From the human T2T-CHM13v2.0 reference genome, Homo sapiens: a stretch of DNA of 64,000 nucleotides. The notes under the pieces were generated by a model, which saw only the letters and a list, made by a program, of their open reading frames with translations, was not told the DNA's origin and searched no databases. Each line of letters begins with the position of its first letter. Position 1 is the stretch's first letter. Location: NCBI RefSeq assembly GCF_009914755.1, contig NC_060933.1; one strand, given 5' to 3'. Both the position numbers and the translations under genes were made by a program. Shown one piece after another: positions 43,715-57,264 of this stretch.

Positions 43715-44693
43715 CAGTCGTACATTGCCTAACGACAGGGATATGTTCTGAGAAATGCATTGTTAGGCAGTTTCATTGCTGTGCAAACATTATAGAGTGG
43801 ACTCACAAACCTAGACAGTAGAACCTACCACACAACTGAGCTATGTGGTATATAGCCTGTTGTTCCCAGGCTTCAACCCTGTTCAGCATGTTACTGTACT
43901 GAATGCTATTAACATTCAGATAAAGAGGGATACTGCAACCATTAACACAATGGTAAGTATTCGTGTATCTAAACGTAGAAAAGATACAGTAAAAATATGG
44001 TATATAAAACAAAAAATGGCATACCTATATAGGTCACTTGCCATGAATGGAGCTGGCAGGACTGGAAGTTACTCTGGATGAGTCAGTGAGTGAATGGTGA
44101 ATGAATGTGAAGGCCTAGGACATTACTGTACACTACTGTAGACTTATAAACACTGTACACTTAGGCGACACTAAATTTATTAAAAGTTTTCATTTCTTTT
44201 ACTTTTCATTTATTTTTATTTTTTTGACACAAGTCTCATTCTGTCACCCAGGCTGGAGTGCAGTGGTGCTCCATTGCAGCTTTGACCTCCTGGGCTCAAT
44301 GATCCTCCCACCACAGCCTCCTGAGTAGCTGGGACTATAGACATATGCTGCCACATCCAGCTAATTTTTCTATTTTTTGTAGAGATGGGGTTTCGCCATG
44401 TTGCCCAGGCTGGTCTCAAACTCCTGGGCTCAAGTGATTCTGCCCACCTTGGCCTCCCAAAGCATTAGGACTGCAGGTGCGAGCCACTGCATCTGGCCTC
44501 TTTTACTTTTTAAACTTTTTAAATTAAAAACTAAGACAAAAACACACACATTAGCCTTGGCCTATACAAGGCCAGGATTATCAAGATATTACTAGGCTAT
44601 AGGAATTTTTCAGCTCCATTATGATTTTACAGAACCTCTTTTATATATGCAGTCCGTTGTTGACTAAAACACTGTTAAGTGGCACATGACTAT
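43715..44693 (-). mobile_element. Tigger3-family element, inverted relative to the preceding copy and interrupted by an Alu
   Basis: cagtcg...taacgacagggatatgttctgagaaatgc...gcagtccgttgttgactaaaac...gcacatgact. Confidence 0.78.
44200..44498 (-). mobile_element. Alu (AluJ-like) inside Tigger3
   Basis: ctcctgggctcaatgatcctccc...gttgcccaggctggtctcaaactcctgggctcaag. Confidence 0.9.
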
Positions 44694-44884
44694 GTAGATT
44701 TTTGTTTGCTATTGAAACCTTGCTGTAACTTCAATATTATGTTTATAATTAATAGCAGGACAAACAGGCTGATATTTTGTTTTCTTTTTAAGATGGACGA
44801 ATGATGGAATTGATAGAATTGTATGTCATTCTTCTTTTGTGTTTTCTAAGCCAGAGAAAGAAAATGGCTATTTGTCTAGAATTC

Positions 44885-45045
44885 TCCGCTGTCCAGTATG
44901 GTAGCCAGTGGCCACATTTAATTTAAGGTAAAATTTTAGTTCCTCAGTCATCCTGGCCATATTTTAAGTGCTCAGAGCCATATGTGGACATTGTGGACAT
45001 TGCAATAATATAAAACATCACAGAAAGTTCTATTGAACATCACTG
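44885..45045. mobile_element. MER3-like hAT-Charlie relic
   Basis: cgctgtccagtatggtagcca...agttcctcagtca...catcacagaaagttctattg. Confidence 0.6.
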
Positions 45046-45269
45046 TTGAAGGAAAAGTAACAAATTGCCCATGGTTTGCCTTCCTCTTTCCTTTAATAAA
45101 AGGGTAAGCCATTTTTTCCAGGCTACTTATTCTCTGAATGTATCTCCTAGTATGTATCTATACATTCTCTGAATGTATCTCCTGAATTTGTCTTTTTTTT
45201 TCTCTGCAAAACTACAACTAGATGTAATCATTAGTCCAAAGGAAATGATTCTTTCCTCCTTTTATTCAT

Positions 45270-46290
45270 ATGGCATTATGACTCTGCTTCTTTTTCTTCC
45301 ATCTCTCTAGTCCCTTTTTCTTAGCCTTTTATAGGTTCGTCTTCCTCTATCCATTTCTTGAATGGTAGCCTTCTGCAGAGGTCCATCTGTAACCTTGTTT
45401 TTTACTCCCTGGATGTCAAGTACCCCATATAAGTCAAAGACCAACAAATCTGTGACCAGCTTAGACTTCTAACCTAATTTCCTAGTGAATATATCTGCAT
45501 GGCTGTTCTATAAGCATTCCAACTTCTCCGTGTCCAAAATGAATTGGCCTCTTCCTCTCTTGCAAACCTGCCTTTATCCCACCTCAATGTGGGTCATTAC
45601 TCTCTACCTTACTTCTAAGCTGGAAACATTGGAGCCCACCTCTTCATCCAAACCAATTAATCAATTCCTGCTGATTCCACCTCCTAATTACCTCTCAAAT
45701 TGATTTTTTTATTTATTCCTAAGGCCCTGTATTGTGGTCCTCCACATTTCCAAGTATTCTGAAAACTTGTTAATCTTTCTCCTTCCCATTTATCTTCTCC
45801 ATTGCTGAGTAGTGATCTTTCTAAAATACAGAGCTGATCATTTTTTTCCCCTATTTAAAATATCCCTAAGGCCCCCGTTACTTTTGGCAAAAATGCAAAC
45901 ATGAGCATAATATAGTAGTCTCAGGGTCTGCCCCTCCCTGGCCCTCTGAGCCCTCAGCTTGGAGTCTTTGTTCAGTCACGTCCAGCCACCTAACTGTCTG
46001 GAATTTTTGGAACACACCATGTGCTTCTCTCTCACCTCTGTGCACTCGCACATCCTGTTCCCTTCCTTGGGCTGATACCACTCCCAGCCCCACAGCCCAC
46101 CCTCTTCCTCCTTGTTAGGTGATTCCATCTTGCTCTTCAGGACTCCATTCAGGCTTCCCCGCCTGAATCTGGGAACATTCCCTGATATATTCCCTCTTCA
46201 GGCTGGTCTTGTGCCTTCTGACTTTCCCCTGCATTCTTATGGTATTTGTGCTTTTCTCTACCGTGGCAGTTGTTTCCCCATATTGTAATT
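45270..46290. mobile_element. Degenerate L2 fragment
   Basis: Pyrimidine-rich; caacttctccgtgtccaaaatgaa...gtgatctttctaaaat...tccagccac. Confidence 0.5.
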
Positions 46291-46411
46291 GCACAGAAAG
46301 TATGCAGTAATAATTTATAAAGTAACAAGTTTCAGCTCTGAAAATCTATTTGAATTCACAAACGAATGAGCCATATTATAGTAACCTTCTACTGTGTTCT
46401 TATAGGCAAAG

Positions 46412-46618
46412 ATGCTGGAAGGAGATCTGGTTTCAAAGATGCTACGAGCTGTTCTGCAGTCTCATAAGAATGGAGTAGCATTACCCCGGCTCCAAGGAGA
46501 GTACAGATCCTTGACTGGAGACTGGATCCCCTTCAAACAGCTAGGTTTCCCTACACTAGAAGCCTATCTGAGAAGTGTGCCAGCAGTGGTCAGGATAGAG
46601 ACTAGTAGATCTGGAGAG
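46412..46618 (+). CDS. TDRD7: TDRD7 exon 2 coding part (aa 1-69, LOTUS/OST-HTH 1 core); exon starts at 46406
   Basis: Acceptor ttcttatag|GCAAAGATG, ATG at 46412. Encodes [69 protein letters not shown]. Donor GAG|gtaaga; 207 nt, phase 0. Confidence 0.97.
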
Positions 46619-48878
46619 GTAAGAAGGTAATTGTGCGTGTCAGAAGAATCAAACCAATTCATAATTGCCTCTCTGGCACTTCCAATCTCCTACCTGTGAT
46701 AGACGTCTAAGTGAAAGTACTAGCTTAGTTGTTTGGGATTGGTAGTGACAGAGAAAACAGCATGTAAAGCACAGCCTACATTCTTATGTCTTTTTCTTAT
46801 TCCTCAAATTCTTTTCATTGTAAAAATAAGATTTTAACCACACAAAATTAAAAATATTTACCCAATGTCAACATCTAAACAAAATAGTTGTACTGGAGGC
46901 CTTAAGTGCATAAATATCACACCTGCCTATTACAGACCTGTTACAAATGTTTTTGCCAAAGTCACTAATGACCTTGTGATCACCAAATCTAATAGACAGT
47001 TTTAAATTCTCATCAAGTCAATTCCTGCTATCTGGACCTAGTCAGTCCAGAGCTGATCCTTCATCACTTTTCATAACTACCGGGGCCTCCTTGCTGTTGT
47101 GTCTTCTCTTCTGTTCTTTTCCTCTCCTTCACACCAATATGATCATATCATTATACCGTTTTAAATCCTTCTGCCTCTCTGGAAGAACACAGTTTATAGA
47201 TAGTATAGGCCATTTAGTGGTAGCCGGTTGATCTGTCATTGCTCTTCCACTGCGACCTAGCAGCTTCACTTCTTGGTACCTACCCATTGTACAGCATAAT
47301 AGATATGGACAGACCACCAACCAAAAGAGAAACAAAAACACCCACACCCCCTCATACACTATGGTTTCCTGGGTATGTTTCTACATGTGTAAATATGTGG
47401 ATCAGGTCTGGAGTGTTTCTCACCAAAACCTGACATAGTGGTTTTTCTATATGGGGGGATGAGGAGGCAGTGGTGGAGGAGGACAAGGGAACCAGGAGCA
47501 GGAAAGTAGTCAAAGGGGAAGTTCACCTTGTAGTTAATAATTTTCCTAAGGAGAAGATATAAATTAATTAAATGTTATATGAATAATAAAATATGCTTTG
47601 GCATCCCTGATCGTTCCAGACAGACTTAAGCCCTCCTTTCTGTCTACTTGCACCTTGTAATACATCCGTTATCACACTTGACACAATGTTTTCTGTTTAA
47701 TTTCTTGCTTCTCTCTTTTTCCTCCATAAGTTTATTAAGGATGAAGGGCTTAATAAATCTGTGTTGAATGCATGAATGAATGAATAGCTGAATGAATTAA
47801 TAAATTAATGCTTTATAGAGTTACTATACTGTAATTTACTCAACTCTTTGTTCCCCTGTTTTGGACATTTTAAATGTTTCCAGGTTTTGACTATTAAAAT
47901 ACCCCCGTTGCTCATACTTGGGTAGGTAACATTTGTTTTTTTAAATTATGTTCTTGTAATATAGTCTCAGAAATAGAAATACTGGGCCAAAGAGTAGGAA
48001 CATATTTTAGCTTGTGACATAAAGCCTCATTGTTTTCCTGTTTTTGATTTCAAATTAGAGTCAAAGACTTGAAAACTACACAGGTCTGTAGAGAGCATCT
48101 TGTCCCAGTAGTCTCTATCTTCAAATCTTTTTTCGATATCATATCATACCAATTTTTTCTTTAAAGATACAGAGCTGAGCTACAGTGTTTTGAGAGATGT
48201 GGAAGCTCCGGAGACCCTGCTTGCCCTGCCTTGCTCTCATGCCCCTGCCAGTAGCAGCCCCTTGAGGCCTCTCCATAGAACTCTATGGCTCCCATGAACA
48301 CAGTTTGAAAACACCAGGTCTAAACCACCCCTGTTTTACAGCTGAGAATACTTAGATTTGCCCAGAGTCACCCAGCAGATCCATCACAGAGGCAAGAGAA
48401 GGATTTAGTAGTCTTGTATTCAACATAGTAGTTATGAGTACATACTTTGGACTCAAAGAGCCTCGCCATGTGACTTGGAAGGTTGCTTAACTTTCCCGAG
48501 CCTCTGCATTCCCATGTGTAAAGTGTGAATGAAATGTACCTCACAGATTATATGATATTATACATCAGATCATAGGTTGCTTTTTGTTCATTTGGTAATC
48601 TCATAGTATCTAGTACACTGTAGATGCTTAATACCTATTTAAAAATAAATGGAATTTTCAGTTTAGGAAAGATAATTCAATGTACTAGACTATGCCAGAT
48701 TCCTCTTGCAGAAAATATAATTTTCTTCTAGCATTATCAAGGAGCGAGACACATGAATATTTGCATACCACTTGACTTGGGATATGTAGGCTCACTAAGA
48801 TCCACTTTTAAGAACTGGCCTCTAGGCAACACGGAATCTGAGAAATGTTTCTCCTCTTACCCTGCCTCTAATGAATAG

Positions 48879-49020
48879 ATTACCTGCTATGCCATGGCCT
48901 GCACAGAAACTGCAAGAATTGCTCAGCTTGTGGCTCGTCAAAGGAGTTCTAAAAGGAAAACCGGGCGTCAAGTTAATTGTCAGATGAGAGTGAAGAAAAC
49001 CATGCCATTTTTTCTAGAAG
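48879..49020 (+). CDS. TDRD7: TDRD7 exon 3 (ITCYAMACTETARIAQLVARQRSSKRK...PFFLE)
   Basis: Acceptor gaatag|ATT, donor GAAG|gtagga. 142 nt, keeps frame with exons 2 and 4. Confidence 0.96.
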
Positions 49021-49970
49021 GTAGGAGCTTTTTACATGCTAAAATTTTTAGGGCTGTCTACGAATACATTATCATAGGGAATTATGGAAATATTGTTTGT
49101 ATTATGATAAATACTTGTATCTGTTAACATACATATGTCAGGGGAAAGATCCTGAAGCTAGCATTTCCATTTGAAATTCTTAAGTGAATGCGCTGAGCAT
49201 GACTTACTAAGTGAAGTAATTACACAGTGGGAAATAACTCAGAACAGATTTTAATTGAGCTTGTTACGGTAGTGTGTAGTTTTATTTTTTTTAAGCTCAT
49301 TTCAGGGAATGTCTTGTCCAGAATGTTGGCTGCACCAAGAACCTATGATTTTATGTCTTATTTGACAAATTATGTCTTCTGGTAGAAAACCTCTAGTTTC
49401 AGAAATATATGAATTATGTAGTACAGAGAAATGTTATAGACAACTCAGCCTTTGTTTACCGAACACTTATCTCAAGGATCTTACAATCAGTTCTAAAACT
49501 AAATTCCCATGAAGTGGTTCAATGATAATACAAAGCAGTAGATGACTAAATGCCACAGAGAGCATTTAGGACAAGGGAGCAATCATTTTGAATGAAAAAG
49601 GCAAAGGGGAGACTTGACCCCAGACCGCAAACAATGGGTAGAATTTGGATTTATGGGGAAGAGACGGGAGGACCAAGATATAGCTGAGTGTGCTGTATTT
49701 GCAAGAACATGAGGTGGCTGCCACTGAAGTGTTCAGTTGGTGAGAAGCAGGAGTTACTGGCCAGTCTGATGGATGAAGAACCTTATCTGCCAAATACTCA
49801 CCAATCTATTCTTTCCCTGTTGACCAGCCCTCCAGTGGCAACCTCCTCGTGTTCTTACAAACTGTTCTGAGAATAGACACCCACAGAAAACATCTGGTCA
49901 GGGGAGTGTCATAATGAAAGTGGGGTTTGGGGATGCTAATTGATTTCGTTATGTATGCCTAACTTCATAG

Positions 49971-50184
49971 GAAAACCAAAAGCAACCCTCAGACAACCAG
50001 GATTTGCTTCAAATTTTTCTGTTGGCAAAAAACCTAATCCAGCACCGTTAAGAGACAAAGGAAACTCTGTTGGAGTTAAGCCTGATGCTGAAATGTCTCC
50101 TTATATGCTACACACAACTCTTGGAAATGAAGCATTCAAAGACATTCCAGTGCAAAGGCATGTGACCATGTCCACCAACAACAG
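49971..50184 (+). CDS. TDRD7: TDRD7 exon 4 (GKPKATLRQPGF...HVTMSTNNR, linker)
   Basis: Acceptor cttcatag|GA, donor CAG|gtattt. 214 nt, phase 1 to 2. Confidence 0.96.
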
Positions 50185-50778
50185 GTATTTGGCCTCTGAC
50201 TCACAGAAGTTTGGTGAATCTAGGGTAAAAAGTGTTACAAATGTATGTTCAGGTTAAGAAAGAAACACTTTCTATTTTATCTAAGTTCACATATAGTAGA
50301 GACATGCATCATTACCAGTTAAGTTCACTTCTAGCTGCCTGAACATCATTCTCTAAGTGCATCTCTATTCTATATTTTCTCTGTATTGTCAATCTCTCCT
50401 TGTAAAGTTCATTTAAAAGCTCTCACAAATTGTTTTGAGATACTGTTTCAGTATAACTTATAACTTTTTCAGAAAACCTTTTTTTAACGATTTTGTGGGT
50501 TTAAGTAAAATCTGATGGAGTTTCAGACACTCCACTGTGCTGCAAATATCATGCCCATGATTATGTAGTAGCATCAGACATCCATGCATCAGAATACCAG
50601 ACTGGCAATAATAAGACAACCTATAAGTCTTTGTTTGGGTGCTGCCATTCACTAGTCAGGTAAATTAAGTTGTTTCATCTTTTGGGTCTGTGGTTTGTTC
50701 ATTTGTCCAAAGAAAATGTTAAACGAGATGATCTCAAAGTTCCTTTCTGGTTCAAAACTATGGTTTTATAAGGTAGCT

Positions 50779-50998
50779 CAGAGGGTGGCAAACTACAATC
50801 GATGGACTACATCAAGCCCACAGCCTGTTTTGGTAAATTAAGTTTTATTAGAACATGGCCATTTTGCTTTGTTTGCATATGCCTCTGGGTGCTTTTGCAA
50901 AATAGTGGCAGAAGTGAGTAGTTGTACAGAGACTAGATGGCCTACAAAGCCAAAAATCCACTGGTGGACCCTTTACAGAAAAAGGTTGCTGACCCCTG
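50779..50998. mobile_element. MER58A (hAT-Charlie)
   Basis: gtggcaaactac...cctgttttggtaaattaagttttatt...ccctttacagaaaaaggttgctgacccctg. Confidence 0.75.
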
Positions 50999-51404
50999 AT
51001 GTAGATGCATCAAGATCACATTCTTCTGTCCTACTTGTGCCTTTTCAAAACAAATTTTGTTGTATTATATTCCTTTAAATCAGTGTTCAAAAATTCTGTT
51101 TTGTGAAAGATAATTTCCCCCCAGGAACTTTCCCCCAGATACTAGAATATTTATGAAGAATTAATTTTTTAAAAAAGTTAGGTAGAGTTGGTACTAATTT
51201 TTTATATTACAGAATTTTTAATAAAGTAACCCTAAATATTTTTATAATGGTATACATTTAATATTATTTATAATTATTATAATTTTTATAAGGTCTAGAA
51301 AATACATAGTTAAAACACAGATCTTGACCCAAAGTGCTAGTTGAATCCAGTATGTGACAGAGGTATTCTCTGGTTGTGTGCCTACATTTCAGCAATACAT
51401 TTTG

Positions 51405-52577
51405 AATGATTTTTTTGGATGTGACCCTAAAAGGACGGGCAACAAAAGCAAAAATAGACAAATGGGATTACATCAAGCTAAAAAGCTTCTGCACCACCGA
51501 GGAAACAGTCAACAGAGTGAAAAGACAAGCTATGGAATGGGAGAAAATATTGCAAACCATATACCTGATAAGGGCTTAATATTCAAAATATAGAGAACTC
51601 AACTCAATAGCAAGAAAACAACCTAATTTTAAAAACGAGCAAAGGACCTGAACAGACATTTCTCAATAGAAGACATACAAATGATCAACAAGTATATGGA
51701 AAAATGCTCAACATCACAAATCATTAGGGAAATGCAAATTAAAACCACAATGAGATACCACTTCCCACCCAGTAGTATATAGTATGGCTACTATCAAAAC
51801 GCAGAAAATAACAAGTGCTGGTAAGGATGTGGAGAAAAGGGGAACCCCAATACACTGCTGGGGGAAATGTAGGTTAGTACAGCTATTATGGAAAACGGTA
51901 TGGAGATTTCTCAAAAACTTAAAAAGAACTGTCAGCAATCCCACTACTAGGTATATATTCAAAGGCTATGAAATCCGTATATCAGTTGAAGAGGTATCTG
52001 CACGCCCATGTTCATTGCAGCAGCATTCACAATAGCCAAGGCATGGAATCAACTGAAGTGTCCATTAATGAATGAATGGATAAAGAATATGCGTTGTATC
52101 TACTGAATGGAATACTTACTCTTCAGCCTTTATAAAGGAGGAAATCCTGTCATTTGCAACAACATGGATGAACCTGGGAGACATTATGTTAAGTGAAATA
52201 AGCTGGGCATAGAAAGAAACACCACATTATCTTATATGTGGAATCTAAAAAAGTCAAACTCATAGAAACAGTAAAATGGCAGTTACCAAAGGCAGGGACG
52301 TGGGGTTAGGATGGGGGTTGTGGACGTACACAATTTCAGTTAGGAGAAATAGGTTCAATACATCTGTTGTATTTCATGGTGACTATAGTTAATGATATAT
52401 TGTGTACTTGCAAATTGCTAAGAGTAGATTTTAAGTGTTCTTACCACAAAAAATAAGCATGTGAAGTAATGCATGTGTTAAGCAGCTTGATTTAGCCATT
52501 CCACAGTGTACACGTATCAAAATATCACATCATATTGCATACCATAAATATATACAATTTTTTCTTGTCAACTAAAA
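51405..52577 (+). mobile_element. L1MA-type 3' fragment (ORF2 end plus 3'UTR)
   Basis: caaaagcaaaaatagacaaatgggattacatcaagctaaaaagcttctgcac...gcaacaacatggatgaacctg...gctaagagtagattttaagtgttct. Confidence 0.85.
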
Positions 52578-52584
52578 GCATGCA

Positions 52585-53283
52585 ACTATAATAGGGCCCA
52601 GCAGTTGCGCTCCTGGACATTTATCTCAGAGAAATGAAAACTTATGTTAACACAAAAACCTGTCCACTTATGTTCACTATAACTTTATTTATATTAGCCA
52701 AAAAATAGAAACAACCCAGACATCCTTTGGTAAGTGAATGGTTCAACAAACTGTACACAGAATATGTCTCCACAGTAAAAAGGAGTAATGAACTATTGAT
52801 ACACAGAGCAACTCTGATGGATCTCAAGGGAATCATGCTGAGTGAAAGAAGCCAATCTCAAAAAGCGACATACTGTGTGATTTTATTTATATAACATTCT
52901 TGAAATTATAAAATTATAAAGATAGATAACAGATTAGTGGTTGCCAGAGGTTAAGGATTTGGGTGATTTGAGGGATGGGTATGGCTATAAAGAGAGAGCA
53001 AGAGGAACCCTTGTAGCCATGGGACAGTTCTGTATGTTGATTGTACTGGTGGGCACGTGAATCTGTACGTGTGGTAAATTGCACAGAACTACACACACAC
53101 ATCCATATGCAACTGGAAATCTGAATAAGCTCTGAATTGTACTATTGCCAATATTCTGGTTTTGATATGTACTATGCAAGATTTTACTATTAGGGGAAAC
53201 AGTGAAGGACACATGGGACCTCTAAGTACACTTTTTGAAATTTCCCATGAATTTATAGGTATTTCAGAATAAAAAGTTTTCAA
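52585..53283 (+). mobile_element. L1MC-type 3' end
   Basis: ctcctggacatttatctcagagaaatgaaaacttatg...gctgagtgaaagaagccaatctcaaaaag...aactggaaatctgaataag. Confidence 0.7.
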
Positions 53284-53293
53284 ATTGACAGCA

Positions 53294-53590
<297 letters not shown>

Positions 53591-55034
53591 GCTACATATT
53601 TTAATTAAAGACTGCTTGAGATGTTGTAAAACATTTTAATCAAGTCTTTTTTTAAGCACATAGTATTTGAAAGATATCTTTTAAGAGAAATCTAAATACT
53701 ACCCAGTGGCAGATGTTATGGGTAACATTTCTAGTTATAAAATCAAAATATCAAAATGGAACAATAGCAGAAACATCTATATCTACTTATGAAATATTAA
53801 TGTAGTAAAAAGCAGTTAAACCTGTTATGAAGGACACTTAAACTTTTTGAGGTCACCAAACCTCTTGAAAAGCTGATGAAAGCTGTAAATGATCTTCCCA
53901 GAAAAATTCACACATGTACATTTACATATGCATACATAATCTCGTGCCAGTCAGTAGATTCATGAACCCCCAAAGCTCATTCTCAAGAGTTCCGGTTAAG
54001 AACTCATGCCTGCCTGTTAACAAATTGAAAAGTTCTAGAAAAATGGCATGGCTAGTTTCCTGTAGAATAAATTAGTAGAGATAAAATGTGTGGGGAAGAG
54101 GGTATATGTACTAAGGCTCCTATTAAATTGTTCTCTAAACAGATTATAATAATTTGTTTTCTTCTAGAAGAATATGAGAGTGATTATTTTCTTGTATGCC
54201 TGCCAATATTGGGCATCTGTTTTTTGCTTTGCTACTTTGAAAAGTGAAAAAAATCTATTTATGTTTTAATTTTTATTTCCCTGATTTTGATTCTTAAGGG
54301 AGTTACATTTTTGTCATATATTTTTTAGCCCATTATAGGTCTTATGTGAATTACATGTCTTTGTCCTTTACATAATTTTTCTATTGGCTCTTTTCCTTCT
54401 AACATATAAAAGTGGTTTATAAATTAAATAAGTTGGCCCTTTGTAATATCTTGACAGTATTCCCTCAGTTTGTTTAATTATTGTATTTTTTGTATACAAA
54501 AACTTTAAAATGTTGCATGCTTATAGCTATCGATCTTTTACTATGTGACTTCTGCTTTTAGGTATTATGTTTAGAAAAGCATTTCCACTCAATATTATGT
54601 AATATGTCTTCTGTTTTCTTTTGTAATTGTTGTGGCTTCATTTTTTACATTTTAGTCTTTAATTCATCCAGAATTTATTTTATTTTATAGTGTGAGAGTT
54701 GGAATCCTTTTTTATTGTTAGCCAGATGTCCTGTATCAGTCATTACACAATCCTTTCTTTCTCTGCTGGTTTGTAATTCTATCTTTACCAGTACTAAAGC
54801 CTTATAAACATATGGTTCAGTTCCTGGGCTTTCCATTCAGAATAATTGATTACCTCCCTATTCTGCAGTACCAGGCTATTCACATTATTATAACTTCATA
54901 ATAAGTGCTAATAACCTTTACTCTCTACTTCCTCCTCTATCTCCTAATTTGGTTTATTAGTTCCATTGTGTGCTTTTATTATACCTACTGCCCTTATCAT
55001 AACACTTAGTAGACTTTGTTCTTAGATTTTGTCA

Positions 55035-55572
55035 ATGCATTAATTATCTATTGCTGTGTTACAGATTACCCCAAAGTTATTAGCTTACAACAAGACACAT
55101 TTTCTTACCTCATAGTTTCTGTGGGTCAGGAAGGAAGACACGGTCAAGCTGGGTCCTCTGCTTCAGGGTCTCTCATGAGGCTGCTGTCAAGGTGTCAGCC
55201 ATGGCTGGGATCTTATCTGAAGGCTCAGTTAAAGATAAATCTGCTTTCAGTCCTACTCACATGGTTATTGGCACAGTGTACTTCCTTCTGAGTTGTTCAT
55301 TAGTCCCTAGGTGGCTATTGGCCAAAGGCCATCTTCAGTTTCTTGCCACATGGTTCTTCCCAACATGGCCATTTGCTTCATCAAAGCAACAAAGGAGAGA
55401 TTATACTAGCAAAGTTGAAATTAGAATCTTCTGTAATCTAGTTATTTGTGATCCCTTCAGCCTTGAAGTCTTCTATTGATTAGAAGCAGGTTACTCAAGG
55501 GGAAGGGATTACACAAGGCTGTGAATACCTGGAGGGAAGAATCTTTGGGGTTATCTCAGCAGCTACTTACCA
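55035..55572 (-). mobile_element. MLT1-family MaLR LTR
   Basis: ttatctattgctgtgt...catagtttctgtgggtcaggaa...gctgggtcctctgcttcagggtctc...aagggattacacaagg. Confidence 0.7.
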
Positions 55573-57190
55573 CGGTCCGTTTCTCAACTATACCGTGTAG
55601 TCCCAGAGAATAGGGCATGTTTATCTTGCTGATCATTGACAGTTACTGTCTGACATAATGTCTGGCACATAGTATGTCTTAAATATTTATGAGCTATAAA
55701 TATGTCTCTAATAAACAACATATGTTTAGATTTGGAAGGTTTTTTTCTGGACCAGTCTAACTCTTTGTCTTTTAAGAGACAATATATTTTATTCTTAGTG
55801 TTATAAAACTGCTTAGACCTCTGTCATCTTATTTTATTATGTCTGTTTTTCATGCATCCTAGCAGTTTTCTTTGAAGAGCTTTCTTTTGCTATATACACT
55901 TTTTTCTTTCCTCTCCAGTAGACCTCTTGATGACTGAACCATAACAGTCCCTTCCATAGTTTCTGTGTACTCACTCTTTGCTCATATCCCTCTACCTTCT
56001 ACTGGAGCCTTCGATGCTTGTTTAAAGCAGGGGAAGCTTCCAGTTTACATGTTTTGGGCTGGTGTGCGGGAAGGAGTACTATCTCCCTACCAGTTCTGCA
56101 AAATAGGAGTTGGATATATTTTTGGCATCTTCTGCTATTACACAGATATATTAATATAGAAATAGGATGATCTTATAATTGCATATACCAAATAAGTTTT
56201 TATTGGTAGCCTAGAACCTAATCATTTCTTTTAGAATTAAAATTTTATAAGAAAATGTGCTTCATTTCAAGGAATTGATCTAATTTTTAGACTGTTCCAT
56301 ACTATTCAAAAACTGGCAGCTATGTGTACCATGTCACTATCACTCACTATAGTCCCGTACCCACTGCTGGGCAGGTTGTAGTCATTTATTCATTCGGTCA
56401 TGATTCATTCAGTCATTCTTACAATATTCATTTGCCTTGCATGTATCAAGCTCTGCCCCAGGCACTTGGGAACACAAACAATTAAGACACTTAGAGTCTA
56501 GTGTGGGAAACAGACATGAATATAAATGATGTGTGTGGGGTTTATTTATGTGTCTTCATATTTGGAAAAATCTTCCTACATATATCCAGTATAATTTATA
56601 TAAAATTTATTTTTAGTGAGGGTATGAGGTAGGGATCTATTTCTTTTTTTCAAATAGTTATTTGACCAGTCCCTCACCTGTCTGTTTTGAAATGCCACTT
56701 TCATTATGTACCAAGATATAATGCAAATTGCATGTTTCTAAGTTCTCTACCATTTTACCTGTCTGTACAACTCATTTAAGTGTTGTAACTTCATAATGCA
56801 TTTCAACATCTGGTGATGCAAGTCCTTCATTTTTTGGTTATATTCCAAAATGTTCTTTGTTTCCAACTGTTTATTTTTGCATGGTCTTCTTTATTCTGTT
56901 TTACCAGTTTCTTATAAGTGATTAATTGGAATTCTGACATCCAAGTTTTGAAAGAGGCTTTCAAAGACCTAGTTTAAATTTAGCTTTTAACATACTTTTC
57001 TCTGAGTGAATATGAAACATGAAAGATGATGCCAGGTTTTATTTTTATTTTTTCTGATTTTAAATTATTTTAATGACTTGTTTTGCTGTTAAATGCCACT
57101 GAGACTTTAAATGAAAAGTGTAGTGTTTAAAACTTGGTATAGACTTTGTTATTTACATTTATTTTACTTTTTTTTTTTTTAATATCTTAG

Positions 57191-57264
57191 GTTTAGCCCA
57201 AAGGCGTCCCTTCAACCACCTTTGCAGATGCATCTCTCAAGAACCTCTACTAAGGAAATGAGTG
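57191..57264 (+). CDS. TDRD7: TDRD7 exon 5 (FSPKASLQPPLQMHLSRTSTKEMS); absent from the ORF track
   Basis: Long poly-T tract then atcttag|GTTT, donor GTG|gtatgt. The 74 nt exactly bridge the phase-2 end of exon 4 to the phase-1 start of exon 6. Confidence 0.95.

Noticed and set aside
51354-52035. ORFs with L1 ORF2-like peptides
   Set aside because: Frameshifted relic of an old L1MA; not an intact gene or an active element.
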